Below are positions 1-11,914 of a stretch of DNA of 64,000 nucleotides, in pieces. Source of the DNA: Antechinus flavipes (lineage: Eukaryota); the NCBI RefSeq assembly GCF_016432865.1, contig NC_067399.1, forward strand, positions 601,524,001 to 601,588,000, in the 5' to 3' direction. The notes beneath the pieces were generated by a model. The model ran no database searches and was not told where the DNA came from. It saw only the letters and a program-made list of their open reading frames with translations. The position numbers and the translations under genes were made by a program. Position 1 is the first letter of the stretch. Each line of letters starts with the position of its first letter.

Positions 1-69
1 TCAAAGTTGATAGTTTTCTAGATTTAAAAATCTCATATTCAAGATTTGCAAAACCTTTTATACATTTTT

Positions 70-200
70 TTATTTACTTCTCACAACAATCCATGAGATA
101 GGTACTGTTAACTCTATTATCCCCTCCATTTTGCAAATGGAGAAACCAAGACTTAAAGAGAGGACAATTTCCTTGTTTGTAGATTCACAGCCAGAAAGTA
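70..200 (-). mobile_element. MIR/CORE-SINE fragment
   Basis: cacaacaatccatgagataggtac...ccattttgcaaatggagaaac resembles the reverse-strand CORE domain. Confidence 0.6.
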
Positions 201-573
201 TTTGTTGATAGAAATTAACCCAATTATTTCAAAAAGTCCTGCACTTTTTCAACTATAAATGAATTATAATCAATTATGTATGTTTAGCTGTAGAACTCTG
301 TTAAAAGGAAGCATCTTTTTAACACAAGGAGAGCCAAGAATTTAAGCCTGGAAATAAAGGCAGACAGCCACAGACAAATAGGATGTGTTTAAAAGATTTG
401 TCATTCTCATAGCTACCCAAGATATCCATTGAATATTGTGAGGGAGTTCTGTTGATCGCACTCCTGGAGTGTTGTAACTTCCTACATTGCTGGGTAATCT
501 GGAGGGGATAAGGCTTCATGAAATTTTATTGTACATATGTATCTATACCCTGGCTTTGATTTTCACTTCTCAG

Positions 574-754
574 GCTGTATGGTGATGAATCAGAACTGCA
601 TTTCTGGACTGTGGCTGCCCATTATTTGCACAGTTTATCCCAGGAAAAATCGGAGAGCATAACAGACACTGATAATATTTCCCTGTCTCAGGAAAAGGTG
701 ACCAACCCACTGGATATTTGTTATGACATACTCTGTGAAAATTCATATTTTCAG
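574..754 (+). CDS. WDR11: WDR11 coding exon (first in window; probably exon 23 by human numbering)
   Basis: Acceptor ttcacttctcag at 573 and donor CAG|gtattg at 754. 1 nt + 60 codons: LYGDESELHFWTVAAHYLHSLSQEK...NPLDICYDILCENSYFQ, matching recalled WDR11 C-terminal sequence. Confidence 0.96.
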
Positions 755-1098
755 GTATTGTTTTTCTTTCAAATTCTTTAAAATTATAATCTTGAATGTT
801 TATAACTTTGTCAATAGATTGTTATAATAGCCTCCTTGTTGGTTCCTTGCCTCATCGCTTTATATTTTAATCCATCATCCACTCAACTACCAAAGTGATT
901 CTATTAATCATATTACTTCCCAATAAACTTTTGTGGTTCTCTCTTATATCTGTGGTTAAATATAAACTCATCTGATAGGCATTTAAAAATCTTTCACAAG
1001 CTGACGCCAATATTACCAGCTTTACACAGTATTTCCCTTCATACACTCTTTGCTTCAGCCAAACATACCATTTCATATATATACAAACATACCATTTC

Positions 1099-1105
<7 letters not shown>

Positions 1106-1140
<35 letters not shown>
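1106..1140. repeat. (TG)n microsatellite
   Basis: Direct reading; preceded by a 24-bp tandem duplication at 1060-1106. Confidence 0.95.
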
Positions 1141-1142
<2 letters not shown>

Positions 1143-1164
1143 ACTTATATGTATATATATTGCC

Positions 1165-1275
1165 TTCCCTTGAGAATATCATCTTTTTGAAGGAAGAGAC
1201 TGTATTATCTTTGTCTTTTTTCTGTAGTGCCTGGAACAAAGTAGGTACTTAGTAGAATACTTGCTGATTGATTGA
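1165..1275 (+). mobile_element. L2 LINE 3' end
   Basis: gtagtgcctggaacaaagtaggtacttagtagaatacttgctgattgattga matches the L2 3' terminus pattern. Confidence 0.7.
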
Positions 1276-1739
1276 TTTTTATATCGTAGTCATTTCCAGA
1301 CATAGTCTCCTATCACTCATTCCAATTGAATCCTAATTTGTCCCATGGAAAAACAAACAAAATCAATAGATACAATATATCTATTGGCCCTGCCTCTCAA
1401 ATGTTTAACTCGAAATTTTCTTACAGTTTTCTTTTTTTAGGTCACTAAATTAAAATCTACTTTTCTTGTCTTCTTTGAAGTTTGCTAGTTTTAAACTTCA
1501 TTGTTATTCTAGAACTAACTAAAGCTTTACCCAACATTTTTGTATCTCCTATGTCCAAACTCTATACAAGCCAATTTTTTCATATGGGGACTAACCCTCT
1601 CAGTCTTTTAACAGTTAAGGAATTAAAGAAACATTTAATAAAATTGTTCCAATTTCCAAGTGCTATGATTTTTATTTTATAATATTGATGGTCTGATGTA
1701 CTTGTGATCTAAGTTTCAATAAATAATTTTGTTCTATAG

Positions 1740-1835
1740 AAATTTCAACTGGAAAGGGTTAATCTGCAAGAAGTAAAAAGGTCAACTTATGATCATACAA
1801 GGAAGTGTGCAGACCAGCTCCTTCTTTTGGGTCAG
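1740..1835 (+). CDS. WDR11: WDR11 coding exon
   Basis: ttctatag|AAA...CAG|gtata; 96 nt, KFQLERVNLQEVKRSTYDHTRKCADQLLLLGQ; phase 0/0. Confidence 0.97.
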
Positions 1836-2011
1836 GTATATATACTTTTAAAATTTTATGAGTATTTTTTTATGTTGAGTGAAATTATTTCAAGATTGCA
1901 CTTTTCAAAATTTGTTATTCTGTATTTATTGAAAACAAAAACATTTTCCATTACAAAATAGAACAGAAAAAGAGGATTATATATGAAATTATTTTATGTG
2001 TGGTAATTATT

Positions 2012-2140
2012 AGCAATTCACTTAACCTCTCAGTCTCAGTTTCCTTATTTATATCTACATTACAAGTTTGTTGTGAAGATGAAATCAGATAATAATAAAA
2101 TACTCTGCAAATTTTAAAAGCACCATATGAATACTAGCTT
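2012..2140 (+). mobile_element. MIR-type CORE-SINE fragment
   Basis: cacttaacctctcagtctcagtttcctt...gttgtgaagatgaaatcagataat. Confidence 0.6.
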
Positions 2141-2164
2141 TTGGGGGGGGCAACATCATCATTT

Positions 2165-2465
2165 AGATCACATTTCTATCCCCTCTCCCTGCTAAAAAAA
2201 AGAAAAATACAATCCATATAACAAATAAGCATAATCTCAAAATAAATCCACAAATTTTCCATTTCCAAAAATGTATTATTTGTACCTTGGGTCTATCACC
2301 CCCTGTCATCAGTCTGGGGTTGTGACTGGTCATTTCATTGATCAGAGTTATTATTACATCATTCCAAGTTGGGTTTTTTCTCATTTTTCAGTGTTGTAAC
2401 TCCTAACTTTGCTAATTTTACTCTGCATCAGTTTATATAAGTGGGTTTCCCTGAAATAAACCCCT
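2165..2465 (-). mobile_element. Old marsupial L1 3'UTR fragment
   Basis: Resembles the other reverse-strand L1 3'UTR remnants in the window (gactggtcatttcattgatcagagtt; ttactctgcatcagttt). Confidence 0.5.
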
Positions 2466-2599
2466 ACATATTAAGAATAATAAGATCTCTTCTTTACTAT
2501 ATCTTTATGATTAAAAATGAGTGGAAATTCTGTTCTGTTGGAAAGTAAACCTATGTAGTTTAACGAGAAGATAGTTTTCTTACCTATTCAAAATCAAGT

Positions 2600-2750
2600 A
2601 GAGAGACAATTTGGCAAAGAATCAGGAAGACCTGTTTCAGGCCTTATCTCTTACATTGGCCATAGGCAAGCATGTAGCCCTTCGGGCAGATCTCTTAAGA
2701 TTTTAAAATAGAGGCAAAATGCCTCTCTACATCAGTGGTAGAAATGCTTA
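2600..2750 (+). mobile_element. Marsupial CORE-SINE
   Basis: gaatcaggaagacctg...ctcttaagattttaaaatagaggc...catcagtggtagaaat; same family as 4880 and 49570. Confidence 0.5.
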
Positions 2751-3137
2751 GTATATGCCTTCTTCCCTGCCAAAAAAACCCAATTATTTGTTTAAATCTT
2801 CTGGCTTTTAATTTTTCCTTCTAATGTAAAAAGAGAATTATTTTTTTAACATTACATTCATTTCCTAAATATATCCTTTCCACTTTAAATCATTTTCACA
2901 CAAAACTGAACATTGGTTGCTTTTGAGTCTTTTGTAAACTTAGGCATCATATTTATTCATGAATTTCAAATAAGTGATACCATGTTTAGTTCCATTTTTG
3001 CCTTGATAAATAAAATGTTTTAAAACTAAAAGTTCTCTTTTAGATATACTCTTTAACAGTCATTTAATTCTAACTAAGGAAACTCACATTGCTAGGAAAA
3101 TTCTCATATTTAGAGAAATCTTTTCTTTATTTATTAG

Positions 3138-3303
3138 ACAGACAGAGCTGTACAGTTGCTTTTGGAAACCAGTGCAGATAATCAGCATTATTACTGTGAT
3201 TCACTGAAAGCTTGTTTGGTGACAACTGTCACCTCATCTGGCCCTTCTCAGAGTACCATTAAGTTGGTTGCTACCAATATGATAGCCAATGGCAAGTTGG
3301 CAG
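3138..3303 (+). CDS. WDR11: WDR11 coding exon
   Basis: ttattag|ACA...GCAG|gtaagc; 166 nt, TDRAVQLLLETSADNQHYYCDSLKACLVTTVTSSGPSQSTIKLVATNMIANGKLA; phase 0/1. Confidence 0.97.
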
Positions 3304-3311
3304 GTAAGCTG

Positions 3312-3313
<2 letters not shown>

Positions 3314-3355
<42 letters not shown>
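3314..3355. repeat. (GT)n microsatellite 10 nt downstream of a WDR11 splice donor
   Basis: Direct reading. Confidence 0.95.
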
Positions 3356-3357
<2 letters not shown>

Positions 3358-3818
3358 CATATATAGTCCTTCATCCATTGATCTACAACCTAAAAATCTT
3401 GTAAACCAACACATTTGATTGTGGCAAAAATGTTCGATTAAAATGTTTTTTTTTTAATCTATCTTTTGTGTTTATATACTTGGGGAAACAAACAAAAAGG
3501 CATCCTAGAAAAACTCATTATTCATATGTGTTTGTAAATGAAAAACAGCTATTCTTATGTCTTCTGTTTTTACCTTTATAGACTCCATCCATATTTGTGC
3601 TTTTTCAGTTGCTTCAGGCAGTGATACTATTCTAGAAATTTTCTTCAAACCTTGTCTTTAAATTTTAAAATGGAAACTAAAGTGAGCTACTTGAGCCCTT
3701 AGAATCTAGCAAAATGTTGGTTTTTAACATACAATGAATTTTCTTTATTCCAAGAAATAGAACAACTTTTTAATTTTAAGAAAGTTTCTATTTTATTTCT
3801 TATAATTTAATTTTTCAG

Positions 3819-3916
3819 AGGGAGTTCAGTTACTCTGTCTCATAGACAAAGCTGCTGATGCCTGCCGCTATTTACAGACATACGGTGAATGGAATCGAGC
3901 AGCCTGGCTTGCAAAA
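3819..3916 (+). CDS. WDR11: WDR11 coding exon
   Basis: tttttcag|AG...AAA|gtaagt; 98 nt, (E)GVQLLCLIDKAADACRYLQTYGEWNRAAWLAK; phase 1/0. Confidence 0.97.
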
Positions 3917-4249
3917 GTAAGTAATTAATAACTTAAATTACTACCCATAAAAATTCATTAAGCTTTTGACTTGGGATATTGAAACATTTAGTTCTGAAAG
4001 CATTTTGTGCAATTGTATTCTTAGCAACTTTCTTCCTAACTCTTGTATTCTTCTGATTATAAAAGTGCCTTTCATTTTTCAGAAATGGTAGTATTGTCAC
4101 TATTTTCAATAAAGAATAATAGTGTAATGGAGGCAAACTGAACTTGATCGAAGACCAGTTGTTTTCTCTGTAATTGTCTAGAGTGAGATCTAGTTTCATG
4201 TAAATACCTTGTTCCTTTTGTTTTGTTTTTCTTTGGACATCTTATAAAG

Positions 4250-4395
4250 GTTCGTTTAAATTCAGAAGAATGTGCTGACGTTTTGAAACGATGGGTTGAT
4301 CATCTTTGCTCTCCACAAGTCAATCAGAAATCAAAGGCCATCTTGGTCCTTTTGTCCCTAGGCTGCTTTACAAGAGTGGTGGAGATGTTGCACAG
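4250..4395 (+). CDS. WDR11: WDR11 coding exon
   Basis: ataaag|GTT...CACAG|gtaaat; 146 nt, VRLNSEECADVLKRWVDHLCSPQVNQKSKAILVLLSLGCFTRVVEMLH(S); phase 0/2. Confidence 0.97.
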
Positions 4396-4879
4396 GTAAA
4401 TCCAGGAGTGTCAATTCTTATAATTGCTCATTTAGTAGGTGTGGGTTCTAAAGTAGATGTTTACTTCCAAGTAAATCTCAATTCGGAAGTTTTTTTCCTT
4501 CACAATCTAAGTATATAAAAAAGCTTTTGAAAAATATGACTGAAATTCAGAAATATTTGATAATGAAAAAAATTGGTCCACATTGGATAAAAATTAAGAG
4601 ATTACATCTGTTTCTTTAGCACCTTAAAGCTCACAAAGCACTTTTCTAAAGAATCCTGTGAGATTTGTTCTACACATTTTATTATAATTTCCATTCTACA
4701 GACAAGGGGATTGAGCTAAGGCTTAAGATAAATGATGTAATCTGGATCAGAACTAGAATTCTAGTTAAGGTCATTACTGATGCCAAATCTAGCACTATTT
4801 CTGTTACGACTGTATATTGTAGTGTTCAGAAGTATAGTGTAGGCTAGACACAAATGGGATTCCATTGGTATTGGCAGTG

Positions 4880-5060
4880 CCCAGATGAGGAAACACCCTC
4901 TGCCAATTCAGACTAGCCCTTTCTCTGTATCTCAGTTGCCTAGAGAGCTAAGAAATTAAGTGACTTTCCTAGATTAAAACAGCCAGTTTGTATCAGGAAG
5001 ACTTGAGTCATAGGTCTTTCTGGTTCTGAGAACTAACCCTTCATTCCTGCATACTGCCTC
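4880..5060 (-). mobile_element. Marsupial CORE-SINE
   Basis: atgaggaaacaccctctgccaat...gttgcctagagagctaagaaattaagtgacttt. Confidence 0.6.
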
Positions 5061-5818
5061 AGAAATAACTACATTTAGGGTAGTAAAGCAAACTACACAG
5101 ACTAAGTTGGAGAAAATGTAGCACTCTTATTGGATACTTAAGTAGGAGTATTTCATTTCACATTTATGAAAAAAGTAAAAAATTCCTTAAGAATTTACTG
5201 AGTGCCAGGTGCTGAGAACACACAGAGAAAAATGGGACAGTCCCTAAAAGCTCACATTCTAATTGAGAAAAATTCATGAAAAATACCTAGTTCAGCTCCA
5301 AGGCAGAGGGAAAGGCCTATTTCTTTACTGTTTTTCTGTTGATAAAATCATCCCATCGCTGATACTGAACCATTTGACTTTGGGGACAAAAATTATTTTC
5401 TGAGTCAACAGTAGAGGGAGCCACATATTGAGTGCTTATCTTTGTGTGAAGTCCTGACTGATGCTACCTGGCCTATTAAGTGAAACTTGAGAAATTCTTA
5501 TAAAATATGGTATTCTCCATTCTAGGCTTTAAGAGAAGGCTGAGAAACTATTTGATTGATAGTTTTCTTTAGGAGAAACATCTCTTGCTTAAAGAATAGT
5601 GAATAGTGAAGACCTCCCCCAAACAGAGTTAAAGAAAAGAGTTTTCACTTAAACAACCAAAGTTTTGTGTAGCGTTACCATTCACAGAAATGGTTTGTGG
5701 AAAATCTTTGTATAAGTATGTGGGATCATGATCTTCTGACTTCACCCATCCCTCTACACTTCTTAGCTGAAAGCTCTCAAGTTGAATACTAACTCCCCCC
5801 CTTTTTTTTATTTGCCAG

Positions 5819-5898
5819 CATGAGGTATTTTGATAGAGCTGCCTTATTTGTTGAAGCTTGTATAAAGTATGACACAATTGAAATAAATGAAGACACAA
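5819..5898 (+). CDS. WDR11: WDR11 penultimate coding exon
   Basis: tttgccag|C ATG...ACA A|atatccttt; 80 nt, MRYFDRAALFVEACIKYDTIEINEDT; ends at a U12-type AT donor. Confidence 0.95.
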
Positions 5899-7492
5899 AT
5901 ATCCTTTGCACTGGAGTGTTTATGTTGTGGGTAAAGGGTGATAGAAATGAAAATTGCTGCTCATTTTTTGGCTTCAGAACTGGTACCATAAGTTATATTG
6001 TGGGGGGAGGGCGACACACAGTGTACTGATGCACAGGTCTAGTTTAGAGAAGTCTGACTGTAGCTTCAACTCAAGCCTTGGCTCTTCATGAGAAGAGTTG
6101 GAGAAGGAAAATACTGGAACACACATGGACTCAAAATGCTAGTCAGGGGATCTGTCGCATGGGCCTTAAAAAAAGGTTTGCAGGAAGCAACAAAATGCAG
6201 GGATCAGGTCTTGTTTTGGTTTTATTTTAACATAAAAATAGAGAAAGTAGACAAAGAAATACAGAGGAAGGGTTGACTGTGGGGTTGATTGTGTGGTTTT
6301 ATTGTTTTTGTAAACAAGTCATACATAAATAGCTCTGGTTAAGGAAACTTCATATATTTTTCTGAGAAATATATCCCATTACTTTTTATTCTTAATATTG
6401 GAATAAATAAGATGTTTTATGGTTAATCATATCCCAAATAGTGAAGAATTTGAGAAGATAACAATGTTTTGAAATTTTCTAGGCCATGTTAAACAGTTAT
6501 TCATTTTCTCTTACTCTAGAGTTATGCTTAATTTCTTTATTCTATTATAGTCACTTTAATGTTTTTTCCCTCCGAGATGGAAATTATATGAGTATTTTAG
6601 AATAGTAGTACTTTCTTTTCTTTCTCAATGTATTTTTTCACTTTTTAGATTTTTTTGGATGTAACACTCCCAGAAATTGGTAGATAGAGGGTGATTGATT
6701 TGTACCTATGAGAAACTAAAACACTGACTTCCCCAAACTCCAGCTTTTGTCTTACTTTCAGTATTTGACTGCATGGCATTGTGATCTTTTAGAGAAGACA
6801 TGTAAAATGTTATGAGTAATACAGATATCTCTTCTGCAAAACACCACTTTCTGGAGCTTTAAAATATCTTCCTAGTCTTTTCTTTTTTTAACCCACTTTT
6901 AAGATATAACTAAAATATACTCATAAGTATCTATTATCCTGCATTCTCAGTGTTCACTTGTTTCTTTTCCCAAGTTTTACTTGGGTGTAGCCTAAGAAAG
7001 TATCAGTGGGTATTTATTCCTGAGAGAACTAACTTTGAATTCAGGAATCTTATTCCAAATGGCAGGGCTTCTTATAGTAAAAGAATGTTTCTAGCAATAA
7101 GTATTCTTGCAAGTGTTCATCTGTATAAATGATAAAGTGCATAAAACACACTGAGCAGATTATCTTGTTCATTACAGCTTATTGTTTCTACTCTAAGAAT
7201 TATGCTTTAAATGATCATCATAGTATCTGATATGTAGTCTTCTGTATTCCCTCTATAAAATGCCACAATACACACCATCTGAATTGCCAGACTTCAAATG
7301 ATATAATCTCTTTTTTTTAATCATCTTTCACTATCATCTCATTTTTATGCCACTATGCATGCCTATATGATCAAAGGGTTCTTTACAATAAAAATGATGA
7401 TTACAAAATGCACTATCATTGAAGGTTTTGATTTAGAACTTAATGGTGAGCCTATTTTACCTTTTACTTCCTTCCTTAACCTTGGTCCATAC
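5899..7492 (+). other. WDR11: U12-type (minor spliceosome) AT-AC intron, terminal intron of WDR11, 1594 nt
   Basis: 5' site ATATCCTTT (5899-5907), branch point TTCCTTAAC (7472-7480), 3' end CATAC (AC at 7491-7492). Splicing at these sites joins A+AA (Lys) and keeps the frame. Confidence 0.95.
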
Positions 7493-7650
7493 AAAAACTA
7501 ATTCTGGCAGTATATGCAGATTATGCCCGAAGTTTGAAGAACCTTGGTTTTAAACAGGGAGCTGTCCTTTTTGCCTCGAAAGCAGGAGCAGCCGGTAAAG
7601 ATTTATTGAATGAACTGGAACAGCCTAAGACTGAAATGACTGAAGAATAA
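7493..7650 (+). CDS. WDR11: WDR11 last coding exon
   Basis: After AC: (K)KLILAVYADYARSLKNLGFKQGAVLFASKAGAAGKDLLNELEQPKTEMTEE then TAA at 7648-7650, matching the WDR11 C-terminus. Confidence 0.96.
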
Positions 7651-8980
7651 CAAGTTTATGCAGACCATAAAAATTTGGCATTGACAGGAAGGTAGATGGT
7701 TAAATTGTCTTACCATTAGTCATAGTCATAATTCAGAGAATGATGAGGATGCCTTCAAAAATGTATCTTCTTACAGAAGTTGTAAACTGTACTTGTATAG
7801 GTGTCTTATCTTGTTATAAAGCTATATATGTAGAATATTACATAAGGATTTAACTTTTTAGGAATAACTTCTGTATTCTATGTTTATTATGTGAAAAATA
7901 TAAAATACTTCAGATTTTGTGACTATATTAAAGGTTTATAAAATTTTGGAAAGACTTAAAAATCCCTGAAATGTTCTTTTTTAATTTTATGAACTTAGGG
8001 TTCAAGAGACAGGGTCTGGAATATTTAAGAAACTATAGTGAAAGCTCTTAGGGAAAATTAGAATTCTTTTGCACTGTATATTTAGATCTGTATGAGCTTG
8101 TGTGTGTGTGTGTATGTGTGTGTGTTGACACTCAAACATGTATGCATACATGTATATGTGTGTCTATATACATGTATGCACATGGGCATATACACAATAC
8201 CCCAGATTAGGATCCCTAGAAGAAAAATATATTTAATAAGTCTGATTCATCAAAGCATCATTTGCCTTTTTTTTCTTTTGCCTTGAAAATATATCACCCT
8301 TACAATTATTTTGGTTGGGACATTTGTTTTTTGAACATCATGGGATTCTCATAGCTCAGAAATCCACTTTGCCATTGATGAGCATCTTTGAATTTTTCTA
8401 TTTAGCAGCATAGAGCTTTTGGAAGGAGTGCAGCAAGGGAGGGGAAATATCAACATTTTTCCGTTGTAAACATTCTTTTCAAAATATTTTTTCTGTACCT
8501 TAAGATATCTTGTTTTCTTTGTTGTTCTTGATGCTTTATTTCTCAAATTCTGAGACACATCTGTGTTCTTTTTACTTAAATTTATAATTGACAGAAATAT
8601 TTTGAAAATCAAATATGTCTTTGGGGCCATTAAAATATCACATTCTAGCTAACTAGAAAGTAGAGCATTGATGTTTTTAGTTAAGAAATGTAATTTAAAA
8701 TCATTTGAAACAATTATGACTTTAAAAACTTTATTTTAAACAATTGTACAAATTTCTATATTATAGCTGCTTAAAATCAAACTAATTATTTCCTGTGTTA
8801 TAAAAGATGAATTTGCAGTTATCAAGTGTTTGAGAGTTACATATGTTTTTAAAATTGTAAAAGGTTTTTCTTTTATGTGAAAATGGTATTTATCATAAAA
8901 TTAAAATGTTAACTATATAATGAAATGATCAATTCATAGTTTTTTGTATACATTAAAATGTGACTTCATTTCCATAAATA
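7651..8980 (+). other. WDR11: WDR11 3' UTR (end uncertain)
   Basis: AT-rich sequence after the stop. ATTAAA at 8952-8957 is followed by a GT/T-rich tract near 9005. Alternative AATAAA sites lie further on (for example 9841-9846). Confidence 0.4.
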
Positions 8981-10974
8981 CGATACTTAAATGTTTTAGC
9001 TTTAATGTGTTTTGTCTTCCTGCCAAATGCTCTGTATATCATAATGTACATTCCATTCACTGAATTACTAACAAAATCTATATAATTATGTTGTGGGAAA
9101 GATGAATACACAGAAAGACTTGCCTTAAGGATTAACTTTTGAGCAGCCCAGGCAGTGTTGGCCTAAACCAAGAATACTCAACACACCCCTTGGAATATTT
9201 ATGGATGGAAGTCTGTCTCTACTTTATGCATCGTCCACACATGACATAGAAAAAATGGTTCTTTTAAAATATAGTCTGTATTGTGCATGATTGAGGGATA
9301 TTTAGCATTGAGTTATGTTTTATACCATGGAAATCTTACATGTACATTTTGGATTTCTAGTCTTGTGATGATGTCATGTTCAAGTGACCTGATTCATGAG
9401 GTCTTTGTATTTTAATTTTGTAGTCTGAGCAATGTACTTTCATTTAATGTTCCACTTTAATCACAGTCTTCTGTATATTGATGGTTATTAAATCATTGCA
9501 AAGATTTATTTAAAGTCACATACAAAAATAAAAATGTTAATGTCAAAACCATTATGTTGTGATTTAGATTAATGCCTTGAAATGGAGAGATCATGTCATT
9601 TATCTTTGTGTCAGCTAAGCAGGTGTTTTTTCTGATCACTTTTTGAATTAATATATGTTCAAAATACAAATTCCATTTAACTAACATTTTGATTTCACCT
9701 ATTTGGTGATGTTGCTGAAAGACAACACAAAAACACAACAGAGAATTCCTATTCTTTCATTAGTTCAACTTTTTCTGTAACTCTTTTTTCCACAAAGAAC
9801 CTAGCCTCTAGTCTCCAATCTCAAGTTCATTCTTGGAATTAATAAAGATTTCATCTCTACTGTGGTGCAACAGTGATTGCAATTCCCAAATAAAAGGATT
9901 TGACCTACAATTTATAGCTAGTAAGGTAAGAATACGGTTTCCTCTATTTGTCCTATTCCTAAAATTTCTTGGAAGACCTTATAGAAAGATGACAACTGTA
10001 TGATTCACTGAGTATTTGGGACCAGTGATTAGTTTCTGACATTACCAAATCTTTCAGAAAAGCCTATTCCAAGAATTTCTCTGTTCAAGGAATATTTAGA
10101 ACTGGTAACTTTCTGGTATGTTAATGTGGATTCAGTGTTATATAGCAGTAGAGTTCATAAAGATGTTAGTTTTTTTTGCTTGTTTGTTTTGATTCCTTAT
10201 TCCCTAAAGAAGGAATTATGTGGTACTGTTGACTATGATAATTTCAGACCTTAAATCCTACAACTAATTCTATGGCAGTCAGTAACAACATAGAAAGTAA
10301 AAATAGAGAACCTATGACCAGGCAGTAGTGTGTTGTGCCAACACTTTTCAAATGGCATGATTTGCCTTGTCTCTGCAGAAACAGAGACGTTTGGAAGAGG
10401 CAAAAACAAATTCTTCTCATTTCAGAAGCAAATGGAATATCCAGATGGAAAGGTCAGACAGTTCCAATAAACAGAATAAGATTGGAGTTCAGAGTTAGAT
10501 CTGGATTTGGAACTCATCTGGTAGAGGTGACCAACCCATAGAAGATGATGAGGATCACTGAGAAAAGGTACACAGAGAAAAAGGTAAAATATAGATGGGA
10601 GATAGACAATAGTCCAGTTTTAGGAACTAGAAACAGGTTGTCATACAGTAGACCCAGGAAAGAGAAAAGTTATGGAACCTTCTCTTCTCCCTCCTTCTCA
10701 AAAAAGATTATTCAAATTATTAAATTATGGGAATTAGTTTTGAATTTAGAGAATGAGAGAAAGGGAAATAGAGGGAGGATTTAGGGCATCTGAAAATAAG
10801 ACATGAGTAAAAATTTATTTTTTAAAAGTGTCCAGGAGAAGGATTTGGTCAATAGCTGCTAGCAACTCAAATGGGATTAAAGGCCATTGGGTTTAATAAC
10901 TGAAGATATTACTAACCCTAAAGATCAGTTTCATTTGATAATTGAAATTAGACACAAGATTGCAAGGGGTTGCA

Positions 10975-11307
10975 GAATGAATGTTGTTTGCCCTTCCTTT
11001 TCAAAGAGGACCATGACATCAGGGAGGTGATTCTGGGACATGCACTTAAATTGGATTTCAGTGAAGGAGGGCTGGGCCAGGTCACTTGCCTCATCTTCCC
11101 CTCCAGAGCCATCTGGGTCCAGTGGCCAGACATAGATCAAGACCTCTGGAGAGGGTTCTGGATGAAATGGAAGACCATGGCCTTTTTTAAGCTTAGGTCT
11201 TCAGCAGATCTTCATTTGACTGAGGCCACACCCATTCTGTAATTAAGGCTGGGTAGCAATTGAGGCAAAGAATCTACTCTTTCACGTTGTCCTAACCCTC
11301 CCCCCCC

Positions 11308-11338
<31 letters not shown>

Positions 11339-11570
11339 AAAAACTAAATAAATCTGGGAGGGGTAGGCTCTCAGGGTTTCTGGCCAAAGCATAAATGATT
11401 GCTATTTACTTTCAATCTGAGTCAATTGGGACCCAAACAATGACCAAATGGGGTTTGGCCTAAGACTATTGATGGCTAAAGACTACTGGTTTTGGTTTAA
11501 GACCTAGTTCTCTTAAGAAAGAAATCTAGCCAGTAAACCCCAAAGAAGCTTGGGAAGATTCAGAGATACA
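10975..11570 (-). mobile_element. RTE-mobilised marsupial SINE (WALLSI4/RTESINE-like)
   Basis: gttgtttgcccttccttttcaaagaggaccatgacatcagggaggtg...ccatctgggtccagtggccagacatag; a (AAC)-type tail on the minus strand; homologous copy at 39770-40016. Confidence 0.65.
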
Positions 11571-11914
11571 AAAGAAAATAAATAAAAAATGCTTTTAAGA
11601 GCATCTCTAGGTAAGGATATGATACCTTATGTAAATAGAGAGAGAAAAGGGAATGAAAGAAAGGAGGGAAGGAGGGGAGAATTGTTGTAATTCAAATACA
11701 TAAGGAAATAGAAGGAATTATGTAGATGACTTTTTTATGAATTTTTTTCTTCATCTTCCTTTCCAAATATATCCCTCATCTTTGCAAAGAACTATTCGTT
11801 GTAACAGTTAAAAAGAAAAATGAGTTCGAAACTAAAAAACACATTAAATCTATCTGTCTAAATGGTTGATTTTTATTTTGAAGCAGTAACACAAGCCTAG
11901 AATAAAAAGATTAC

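Noticed and set aside
319-519. Possible further upstream WDR11 exon
   Set aside because: No frame matches the expected preceding WDR11 peptide and there are no suitable splice sites; the previous exon lies outside the window.
1060-1106. 24-bp tandem duplications here and at 16179-16226, and shorter ones near 14170, 28178 and 53196
   Set aside because: Isolated two-copy slippage duplications with unrelated sequences; the shared 24-bp length looks coincidental.
5820-6029. 69-aa ORF as a stand-alone gene or single exon
   Set aside because: Only the first 26 codons are WDR11. The rest is read-through into the AT-AC intron, discussed separately as a possible retention isoform.
6371-6436. Extra ATATCC motifs inside the minor intron as alternative U12 donors
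   Set aside because: They continue ATATCCCA rather than ATATCCTT, and no exon precedes them.
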